Assembly (NCBI GenBank): GCA_025558095.1
Contig: JAIVFI010000008.1
Coordinates: 434,001 to 498,000 of the forward strand
DNA from: Hyaloraphidium curvatum SAG 235-1
Taxonomy: Eukaryota > Fungi > Monoblepharomycota
Direction of reading: 5' to 3'
Length of the DNA stretch: 64,000 bases
Part shown: positions 54,570-64,000 of the stretch, one piece after another
How the letters are laid out: each line of letters begins with the position of its first letter
Position numbering within the stretch: position 1 is the stretch's first letter
Program-made: the position numbers and the translations under genes
The notes under the pieces: generated by a model
What the model was told of the DNA's origin: nothing
What the model saw: the letters and a program-made list of their open reading frames with translations, nothing else
Database searches by the model: none

Positions 54570-56135
54570 TGTTGTGTTATTTCCTTCTCCCTAGAGCCGC
54601 CCTCCTAGGTTATTGTCTAGCCAAGATCCACCCATCCATCCAAGTCCAACATCCAACTCCAGGACCAACTCCAACTCCTCCAAACACATCCATCCATCCC
54701 CAGCAACACTCCCCCATTTGGAGGCGAGTGGATCGAGTGGAGTCCCCCACCGCGTGCTCCTCCACGCCCCGGGATTGAGTTCCTCGGGCTGCCTAGGCCA
54801 GGCTCCCTGATGTCATCACATCGCACGTCACACCTCCCCCCAAGCCCGGGCGATCCAATCGCCGTACAAGACTCCCCCAGAGACCATACATGCAAAGAAA
54901 GTACAAGACACAATCCAGATTTACACGTAGAGAAACTCCCCCAGAAACCAAGGAACGGCTGCCCACTAGCCTCAGGCTCATCACGGGCAGAGATTCCCGG
55001 CAGGGTCCGGCTCGCAGAGAACGCTGGCCTCAGGCCCATCACGTACTGGAAGCCGAACCCGAAGCAAGATTCACCACACCAATGCGCGCACGGAAAAGTT
55101 CAAAAGGGGCCGGAGATAAAGGCTTGGTAAAGCCGTCCCCAAGGTTGTTGCCTGACACCACCCGCGCAGTCTCAATGGTTCCATTTTGCACGGTGTCGCG
55201 AACGAGGTGGTACTTGATATCGATGTGCTTCGTTCGCTCATGGAACTTAGGATCACGAGCGAGCTGTTCAGCAGACTTGTTGTCCTCGAAAAGTCGCGTA
55301 GGTGTCGTCCGCGCAAAGCCGAGTTCCTGCAGGATGGAGCGCAGCCAGAGAATGTTGCGAACTGCATGCGCCATAGCAACATACTCGGCTTCCGTAGTAG
55401 ACTGTGCAACGATGGATTGCCGTTTGGTCAGCCAGGCAATGCTGGAGGCACCCATGAGGATGACAAGACCGGTTGTCGACTTGCGGGTCATCACACAGCC
55501 AGCAAAATCGGCATCCGCATATGCGCAGAGATCCAAGCGATCACCAGACGCAGGACGACGACCAAGAACAAGTCCATAGGTGCGGGTGCGGCGCAGGTAG
55601 CGCAAAACATCGCGAAGCGCCTTGATGTGAAGAGGCCCAAAGCTGTTGGCAAAGCGAGAAAGAAAGATAACCGCAAAAGCAATGTCTGGTCGCGTTGTGA
55701 TGGCAATCCAAAGTAGAGAGCCAATCAGGCCCTTGTAGTTGAAACTTTTGACGTCGTCTTGGATCTTCGTTGGCAGGCTGTCAAACACCGCGGGGTCGAA
55801 TGGGCGCAGCCCCTGGAGGGCATCCGGTCGCATTGGCGTGAGAGCAGACTTTGTCTCCTTGCTGGGAACATCACGCGTGAATGCAAATTCGCGGAGGACG
55901 CGGTCGATGTACGCCGTCTGCGACAACGAGATTGTACCGGTGCCGGTGTCGCGACGGATGTGCACGCCCAAGCAGTAAGTGACAGCCCCCAGCGAGTTGA
56001 TGTTGAAATGCTGCTTGAGGCTGGCAAACAACTCATCGATCTCCAGTTGTGAGGTGGCAGCAACCAGCAAGTCGTCCACGTAGACAAAGACGATCATAAT
56101 GCGGCCGGCCGCGAAGCGCACGTAGGCAAGGAAGC
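54570..56135 (-). mobile_element. 3' part of a Ty1/Copia LTR retrotransposon (RT C-terminus, RNase H, PPT, putative 3' LTR ~54570-54832)
   Basis: VYVDDLL, LSQTAYI, IGSLLWIA..TRPDIAFAV, YADADFA, STTEAEYVA, EDNKSA, RTKHIDIKYH; minus-strand GGGGGGAGG followed by TG at 54832. Confidence 0.9.
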
Positions 56136-56139
56136 TTTG

Positions 56140-58060
56140 TGATTGTACCTGGGGACAACAATGGCGTGGCAAAGAAGCTGCCCCATGCATTGGAAGACCT
56201 TGCCGGGGAAATTGTCGTTGTTCTTCTGGGAAGTGGTAAAGCCCGTGATGATCCATCATTTGTACGCACCATGCGCATCAGGAAGCACAAAGTGCTCGCA
56301 TTTTGCGTTGGTTAAAGAAACACAACCCAGATTACGAGGACATTGAGATTGATGAGGCATGCAACCTTCCAGATGATGGGGTGCCTGAGAATCTTCCTGT
56401 ATGCGTTGTTGAGGACCCTGACATTCGTGAAAGCGTAGAGAAGCGGGTTGCCAGTGTAGGAGGTGATGGCAATCTCCATGGCTTCGCAGGCTTTTACGGT
56501 GAAGCAGGCATTGACATGTTGAACATGCTTGGGATCCTGCCGGTCGGTGCTGCAGCAGCAAAAACCCAGACGGAACTCGTTGCAGGCCTTGCTGGCCAGC
56601 CAAGCAGGCCGCATGCATCACCCTCTGGTGGGGAGGAAAGCATCGACAGGCCCAGCAAGGATGCAACAGATGCATCCGGTTCTCCCCTCACCTACGTCAC
56701 ACACAAAGGTTGCTTGGCAATGCGGACAGGCGATGTCCCTTTGAGTGACTATGATGATCGGGCCAAGCTCTTCCGCATGGCATTCCCCTGGATTTTCCCG
56801 TACGGCCGGGGAGCGCCGGATCTGCGCAGTTTGGGTCGCAGAACTCCAATCACGTTTAGGGAAGCTTCTTGGACCTTGATCATGCGCTTTGACCACAGCA
56901 TTGAGGCAGACAGGGCGTTTGGCCTGCTCTGTCTTGCCATGGTGCGCAAGGATGAAGTCATGTTGCAGTCAAAGGTCGAGATGAAGAACTCTTCGCAGGA
57001 AGAATGGGTGCACATGAACAGCCTGTCGGCAGAAGACCTTCGCACCCTGGCAGCATGCGAGGAGAAAATGATGCAGCTGCAGAAGGAGGGCAAGACGGCT
57101 GAAATGGCCTCCGTGTACTCTGGGGTTGCTCCGCATGTGGTGGCCCTCGGCAAAAAGATCAAGGGGCACATCAGGGCTATCCAGCCACGGGTTAGCGGAA
57201 GCAACGCGGCCAGGAAAGGCTTGGAACGCAACATGCGTGCATACATCCATTTCCTGGGCCTCCCGGCATTTTTTGGCACTGTCAACCCATCAGAGATCTA
57301 CAACTCCATGATGGATCTTATGGCCGGATTTGAAGTCAGATGGGGGGACCATTCAACATTTAAATCCAGCTCAGATCGGGCATTCATGGCCGCACGATGG
57401 CCTGCTACAACGGCACGATTCTTCCATTACCTTGTAAACACCTTCATCGACACTAGGGAAGCTTCTTGGACCTTGATCATGCGCTTTGACCACAGCATTA
57501 AGGCAGACAGGGTGTTTCGAAACTGCATCAAAAAAGGTGCAGGTGAAGATGCCGGGGAACAGGAAGAAGGACATCGGAGTGACCAGGAAGCAGATCAAGC
57601 TCACTCCATGCGATGCCATGACTGTGCACTTTTCCCAGGGACAAACACTGACGGGCGCGGTGCTGGACTTGAAGATTGATCCGGGAGCAAGGGGATCGCA
57701 GATCCAGCGCATGTACACCGCGCTTTCGCGATTCACCACGTTGGATGACTTTGTTTTGACAGCACCCATGGATGCCACCACCATCAAGGCGCTACGCAGC
57801 CCCTTTCCGGAGTACGTGGTGGACGAAACGGCTCGATTGGAGGAGATTTGGACCCACACTGAGGCATGGCACCGAGAGTTCTTCGAGGAGTTGATGGCTT
57901 TGTAGTTTGCATTGCATTGGCTTTGTAGTGAATGCATCAAGGGAACGAAACCTCTGGCTCCACATGCAATTCTGCTTCCTCCAAGCTTTGCCTGGTCCCA
58001 TGCACACTCAACAACTCCGAAGGTCAAAAGGCACTGTGCAGCAAGAAGCTTGCTTCTTGC
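56140..58060 (+). mobile_element. Internally deleted Helitron (N-terminal region + Pif1 helicase C-terminus, 3' hairpin)
   Basis: LRWLKKHNPDY, AFPWIFPYGRG, GLPAFFGTVNP; RKQIKLTPCDAMTVHFSQGQTL...MYTALSR; hairpin GCAAGAAGC-TT-GCTTCTTGC at 58041-58060. Confidence 0.82.
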
Positions 58061-58130
58061 CCTATGCACTCATTTTAATGTGCAACTCAAGCCCTGCTAT
58101 ACAAGCTTGGCTCTTATACGATGTGTATCA

Positions 58131-58825
58131 TTAGTAGATTGCTATCGCATCGATGTTGTCCTCAGTAACGTCTCTCTGTTCATCCATCCCTCTCAAAGCA
58201 GGCATTGCACGTCTTGCCTTGAATGCCTTATGAATAAATGTGCCGGCGGCCTCCAAGATCCGTCTCCTCCGCCAGAAGGTCTCCTTCTCCTCGCAGAATT
58301 TCACCTCTTCGTCGTTCCTCAACATCCATCTGACCGTCTCCAGGTTCCAGCGTCGCCCAAGCTCTCTGGTCCGGGCTTGAAGAATCTCCCGCTCGTCGTC
58401 GTACGCAGAGCAGTGAAACAGAAGGTGCATCTCGTCCTCGATCTGATCCAAATGGTGGGGGAAAGTCCGCACACAGAGTCTGATGCCTTGTTGTCGCTGC
58501 GTTTCCACGTTGAGCCCGTGGGTGCTGGTGAGCAGTCGGTTCAAAGAGGTGCGCAGGTCAATGTGATCCATGAGCAGGGTCTCGCACAGTCCAAAGCCCA
58601 TCCCCGCAATCCTCCAGAACCGTACTTTCCCCGTTATCCACCACCTGTGTAGCGCAGATCTCCCGGAATCGTCTCTTGATCGCGGTCTCGATGTCCTCGG
58701 TTGACCAGAACGACTTCCCCTCATCCCATGCTCGCGTTCCCTCCTTGAAGTAGAACTCGAGTAAGCTGCAGATGCTATCCGTCCAGGCGCTGTGAACAGG
58801 AGCAGCGCGAGTCCCCGGTCGTCCT
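58131..58825 (-). mobile_element. Frameshifted 3' end of a LINE ORF2 with Cys/His domain
   Basis: RLLTSTHGLNVET...RLC...IEDEMHLLFHCSAY. Confidence 0.75.
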
Positions 58826-58827
58826 GT

Positions 58828-58983
58828 CACATCCGTGGGTTCCTTGGATTCAGATCGGCAGGATCGTGCGCTGATGACAATTCAATCATGTTTGAAATCA
58901 GCAAACCCCTCTTCAAGCCATTGGCTCAGACATGACTCCTGACACGCAGCAGGACATCATCCAGCTGCTGGTGGCGTCGTCCA
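58828..58983 (+). pseudogene. Intron-containing fragment of the SUT-like transporter gene
   Basis: Reverse complement of ~47382-47527 (gagatcggcaggatcgtgcgctgatgacaattcaatc...ccattggctcagacatgac...catcatccagctgctgg). Confidence 0.88.
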
Positions 58984-59265
58984 TGGTGTTTGTAGATTTC
59001 ACAAAGGCTTTTGACACGGTGGAGCGCCCCAGGTTATGGCAGAAGCTGGAGGAGATGGGAGTACCCAAACTGGTTGTTGACATGTTCGAGATGGCGTTCG
59101 GGCGCGTGTGGGGACGGCTCCGGGATGAAGACGGGACCAAGTCAGACTTCATAAAGTTCCTGACCGGAGTGAAGCAGGGGGACCCTCTCTCGTTGCTGTT
59201 CTTCATCTTGTTCATCAACGACATCACTGCTTTCATGGAGGCCAATGGTGCAAAGGGGATGGATC
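58983..59265 (+). mobile_element. LINE reverse transcriptase fragment (central part)
   Basis: VFVDFTKAFDTV, GVKQGDPLSLLFFILFIND. Confidence 0.88.
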
Positions 59266-59459
59266 TGTTGGAATGGATTGTTGCTACGATTCTGTATCAA
59301 TAGGGAGTCTATTGGCGTGTGGGGATACTTGGGCACGACCGGAGGGGTCATCTAGGGACTTGTCATCACAAGGGAATGGACGACGGGTCAACGTGAAACT
59401 GTCCCTCTCCCCATCCCGTCCATCTGAGTTCAGACCCGGTTCAGACCACTGGGGCTACG
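59266..59459 (+). repeat. LTR-like segment, copy 2
   Basis: Starts TGTTGG; closely matches 53844-54036. Confidence 0.8.
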
Positions 59460-59665
59460 AAAAAGGGACTCCGCGCGCGGTTTGCGATTCACGGCGCATA
59501 GGTGCGCCAACCGGGGCTGACGGGCGCATAGTTTGGCGGCATTGCGCGCAGAGTTTGAGCTGGCCGGCGCATAGAGCCTGACCACCAAGCGCGAACACTG
59601 GAACCAGAACACCGGACCACAGAGTCACCGAGAATTTCCGAGGAAATTGGGGAGATTGGTTCTCT

Positions 59666-62600
59666 TCAAACTTTGCGACAAAAGAACAGCAGTTCCGCTC
59701 TACCGCGACCGCCCATCTTGAAGCGCTCTTCCGCGGTCAGACCCTCCCAAACCGCCGGCTCGTTGGTAGCAGCGTCCAAGAAAGGGTATATCTGGCTCCC
59801 GTTCCACTGCCACACCTTTCCGTCCGGTCCGATCCATCGCGCCGCTCCTCGCTTGTTGTTGCCGTAGAGAGTTGCAACCCAGTGCCACTCGGTGCCGCCG
59901 ATGTTGATGGTGGAAGGGATGTCCAGGGCGGCTTCGATGGCAAAGACGAGCAGCGGCACAGGAATGTTGCCCAAGAGACTGAAGTCTCCTTCACCGCAGC
60001 TCCCGCGGCAGGCACCCCGTCGAGGCGGAAGTCTGTGCCAAGCCGCCCGCATGGCCCCCTTCCAAAGGCTCCATTCACCGGCGGCGATGTCCAGCACCGG
60101 CAAATTGCGCATCGATAGTTTGGTCGGCGATGAATCCGTCTCGTGATTGCACTGAGCCCTCACGCCGAAACTCCGTCCAACATACGCGAACAGAACGCCG
60201 GCTGCCGCCTTGAACGTCGTCGTCGTGCTGCGATCGCGGAGGCTCTCCGCCACCTCGTAAGCGAGCATGTCTCTTGCGCGGTTGAGGTCCGGCGAGGGCG
60301 GAAACTCCCCGTTTTGGGCGTAGTTCAAAAAGGCGCCGGCCACGTCCGAATCCTTTGCAATGAGCGGGCCAAGAAGAGACGGTGGGTCGTCGGGGTAGAT
60401 GGCTCGGTACACGGCGGGCAGGATGGCGGCGATCGCATCGGCCCAAGCGTAAACCGATGGATGGAGCTCCGGATCCTTGCTGTACGAAGCAGGCCGTTTC
60501 GCCTTGATCGGAGAAGACATGGGAGTCGAGGGAAGGGCAAACGTCGTCGCGGGTGTGTTGGGTGTGTTGGGTGTTGAACTCGCAGGTGTCTCCTGTGTCT
60601 TTGGGTTTCGACTTCGTGACGGGTTGGCTGGCGCGTTGGCCTCGAGGCTTCGGGTGGCGCTGTTGTCCGAGCGGCGAGCCTTCTTGGGAGCCGTCGTGTC
60701 GTCGTCGGAACTGCGACCCGAGTTCGTGGGCCCGGGGTTCTTGCGCCCTTTTTGCAGCGCTTTGGGCTTGTTTGAAGGCCGGCCTGGATTTTGCCGCGAA
60801 TTCGTCGACTCGATGTTCGTGGCCTCCTCGTCCTCCCCGCCTTCTTCTCCTCCCCCATCGTCTTCCACTGCGCCGAGAGATGGTGAAAATCCTCCCTCCT
60901 CCCCGTGTGCCGGTTCGAACTCTGCCTCCGGGCCCTTGTTCACAGGGGCATTGTTAAAAAGGTCTTCCTCCATGGGCTGATCCACAGAAGCATCCTCCAC
61001 AGGGGCTTCCTCCACAGAAGCATCCTCCACAGGGGCTTCCTCCACAGAAGCATCCTCCACAGGGGCTTCCTCCACAGAGTCTTCCTCCATAGCGTCTCCG
61101 CCTTCCGAAGTGTGCTGCGGTTCAGGGTCGGCGTCTCCACCCTCGTCCGCCTCGTCTTCACCTTCTTCCACCTCGTCGGCGTCGAATTGTAGGTCTGTCT
61201 GCGGTTTCCGGGCCTCCTCTTCCCAGGTAGAAAAGGGGCCGCTGTGCTGGAACAAGTCGGCAGCAAACCAGTGCTTGCACCGATGCGGGTTGGAACCGAG
61301 GCGACAGCTCGACACGCTGCACGGCCGACGAAGTTCCGACATGTCGACGACGGCAACACTGCCATCGGACCTGCGCACCTCGAAAACACCGTCTTGCTGT
61401 GTTGATTTCACGTGCCCCCTCTCCCACAGCCGTGTGCCCTCTTCGGACGCCTCCGCGACCTTGGGGTGCACATGACCGCGGTGATCCGTGAGCAGGCTGT
61501 AGGCCCAGAATCGGTCCAGCTTGACGATGGCCGTGGCAATATGGAAGTTGCCGCGCAAAATCACGCCGTCGATGACCTTCCAAACGATTTCGACGTGGTT
61601 GTTGGTGAAGCAATCGCCGAGGTCGACATCGTCCGGGAGCAAATAATCGGCCACCAGGGGCGCCCAGGTGTCGTTGAACCAGTCCTTTTCCACGTAGATC
61701 GATTGGCTGGCCACAATCTGCTTCTTCACCTCCACGGTGCGATCCGATGCCGCCTTTTCCACGAGGTCCGGCACCGTCCGCTCCAAAAAGGTCTTCTTGC
61801 CCGACGCCCAAGCATCCTCGTCCTTGGCTTCCGCGCAGAGCTGCCTGAACTTTTCAGCGGTGGCCGTCCGTACGTTTCTGGGAATGATCGAGTCCGGAAT
61901 CGCATCCTCTTCGTCCACGGCGGCGATGGGTTGCTTCTTCTTGCCTTCCCTGCTTTTACCGGCGCGCCGTTGGAAGGCCTGCTTGATGTGGAAGTAGCAG
62001 AGTCGGTAGAATGTTCCTTGACCCACACCAAACACGTCCTGGAGGGCACCGAGTTCGGCATACGACTTGTCCAGGGTCATGCAACGGGGCCGCCAATCCA
62101 TAGCCGCCGCCTCCACCTGGGGCCGCCTTCCTCGGAGGAGGGCCGGCCACGTCGATTCGTCCTGGTGTTCCAAGAGCCCGCGCGCAAACGATATGACGCG
62201 TGCGAGAAACCACTCCAGGAACCTCTTCAGCGTGGGCCGCCGGATATTGGTGGAAAACAGGAACGCGAGGGGTTTGGCACGCCGACCGACCACGTCGAAA
62301 GCCACCAGTCCAGTAATGGGCAGCTTCTGGATGTTCTTGCGCCGCCAGGATGAATCGATCCCGACAATGCTCCCGTAGACGATGGCAAACACGAGTCCGA
62401 CCGTATCGGTGAAGGCGTAGGAAAAAGAGGCTCCGATGGATTCCGACCCCTCCTCCAGGCCGACCAGATACACGTTTTGAGGCCTTTCCGCGGCGAGCTT
62501 CCTCAACACGCTGAGCGAGGCAGGTCCGAACATGGCACGTCGCGCCTGTCTGGCGATGCTCTTAAGGGTGCCGTCCGGAATGCCACCCCATTTGGTCACG

Positions 62601-63378
62601 GCGGCCTCGTTGTCCAGGAGAAACAGCGCCGGCGTCGAGCCCGACCGGAGAAAGTAGTCGAAGGCAAGAGATCGGAGGAGCCCAGACGATCGCCTCTTCT
62701 CGTTGTCGGGAGCGTCGTGAAAGTCCTTGGCATAGATGACCGCTCGACCGGGGTCGTTCGCAAAGACGTAGATGCTTCAATCATCGCGTCAGTTTTACCA
62801 GATTACAAGAGGAGGAGGCACACGTACCCTATCATCATAGGACATTTGGCATCTTCTTGGTTCGGGCATGCCCCGGTTCCTACACATTCCATGAGGTACT
62901 TGTAGACAGGTCGCCGTTTGCGAATGGCACGGTCAATGTCTCTGTTGGAGGCTTCCGGGTTCCTTTCGATGAGGAGCGTCCATTTTCGCGGGTCCAGCTT
63001 CCCCGACGGCCCTTCCGACGTCACGAGAAACTGGGGGACTTTGGCCGAGCCCAGCTGCGACCCTCTCAAGGCCCTAAAGTCCTGACCGAGCGCGAAAATG
63101 TACTCGGAAAGATCACGGAGGGCGACACGGTTCAGAAGCTCCGTGAACGGTTTCGGGATCGCGCTGGAGTCGTCGTCGCTGTCCTCGGCTTCCGGCGGAG
63201 GGATCTGGTGTCTGGCCTGGTTCCAAGCTTCCCTCGCCGCTTGGTGAATCGACTTTGGAAGGGGGCCCGGCTCCGTCGACCATCGGCGTGGTTGAGCGCT
63301 TCCGGGGGTGCTAGCCCGCCCGGACGTATCGCTACCCGAGTCGCGACGTCGCCCCTTGGTTTGAGCTGGAGTCTGCAT
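59666..63378 (-). mobile_element. Mutator-like (MULE) transposase gene with SWIM finger, 2 exons, apparently intact
   Basis: GIDSSW...PLAFLFST...MTLDKSYAE...RLCYFHIKQ...TNNHVE (D-D-CxxH-E), SWIM-like CSVSSC...RCKH; an intron near 62.78-62.83 kb joins the 62803-63378 ORF in frame. Confidence 0.75.
60981..61080. repeat. 30-bp tandem repeat (~3 copies) encoding EEAPVEDASV in the MULE linker
   Basis: tccacagaagcatcctccacaggggcttcc repeated head-to-tail. Confidence 0.92.
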
Positions 63379-63493
63379 GTTGAGTCCGCAGTCTCTGCGA
63401 GTTGAGGCAGCAGTCTAGGCAGCAGTTTTGCGCGATGAGACCGTGGTCCCGGCGTGGCGAGTCGATGTCCTTGCGTGGCCCGACCCATTGCCC

Positions 63494-63501
63494 TTTATAT
63501 A
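63494..63501 (-). promoter_or_regulatory. TATA-box-like TATATAAA upstream of the MULE gene
   Basis: About 115 bp upstream of ATG 63378 in GC-rich context. Confidence 0.45.
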
Positions 63502-63797
63502 CCGGGCCGGAACCCGTGAGTCGTGTCATCATGACACATGATCTGCTGACAAAGCCGGTGCGAAATTTTCGCAAGCGGGTGGTGGCGACGGTGGTTGTTG
63601 TTGTTGCGGATCGGAGGTGGCGGTCTCAAGTTCGCGCAATTCATCCAGCAACTCGCGGAATCTCTCTTCGTTCGCGATGAAAATGGGGATTTTCAACATT
63701 TCAAAGATCTCGTGCTCGAGCCACTTTTGTCTCTCCGATTTCTCCATTCCACATCCATTACATCAAAAAACTACCGGTTTCTTGACGCGCGATCCTT

Positions 63798-64000
63798 TCA
63801 CAGGCCTGCACAACGGCCTTTGAACGATGCCTTGGACTTGCGCAGTTCAGAGTCCTCTTCCTCCGTGCTCCACGCAGACCAAATCTTGCCGGGAACATCG
63901 GCGAGCTTCACCGCGTCGACACTCTGCAGCTGGGCCGAATCAACGGCATCGGTCTTGCTGAAATCCGATGCGGAAAAGAACGAATTGACCGAATACGTGT
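63798..64000 (-). CDS. 3' end of an unidentified ORF running off the window (possibly a second gene of the element)
   Basis: Open frame TYSVNSFFSASDFSKTDAVD...KASFKGRCAGL* from the window edge; no recognisable motif. Confidence 0.3.
   Translation of the reverse strand, partial: TYSVNSFFSASDFSKTDAVDSAQLQSVDAVKLADVPGKIWSAWSTEEEDSELRKSKASFKGRCAGL

Noticed and set aside
53844-59459. A complete LTR retrotransposon bounded by the two ~193-bp repeats
   Set aside because: The interior is a mixture of unrelated fragments, the PPT precedes the left copy, and there is no CA end or TSD
60981-61080. CRISPR-like array
   Set aside because: Head-to-tail coding repeat without unique spacers, in a eukaryotic sequence

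Overview
Eukaryotic, GC-rich, intron-rich genomic DNA. The gene set (fused fungal-type ADE2, PHP-type HIS2, ERG24, Pho85-type cyclin) points to a fungus. An APE1-type endonuclease, FAM192A, a UDP-glucuronate 4-epimerase and a DPE2 suggest an early-diverging zoosporic lineage (inference). Most introns are ~45-90 bp, so the ORF track fragments nearly every gene; the models below were spliced by eye. Positions 1-52.2 kb hold about 28 very densely packed genes, mostly housekeeping and mostly in head-to-head pairs. Positions 52.3-59.5 kb are a CpG-depleted mosaic of LINE, Copia and Helitron fragments. Positions 59.6-63.4 kb carry an apparently intact Mutator-like (MULE/SWIM) transposase gene. The best candidate for an undescribed system is a divergent pair at 45.9-52.2 kb: a SUT/SLC45-type disaccharide transporter and a DPE2-type 4-alpha-glucanotransferase (2xCBM20 + GH77). 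Together they suggest an amylomaltase-based maltose-utilisation module unlike the permease+maltase MAL system of Dikarya. Other highlights are head-to-head proteasome beta6/beta5 genes, a recent 197-bp upstream-region duplication beside a lectin pseudogene, a possible FAM104/VCF-like p97-binding protein, and an intron-containing transporter fragment captured in the transposon mosaic.
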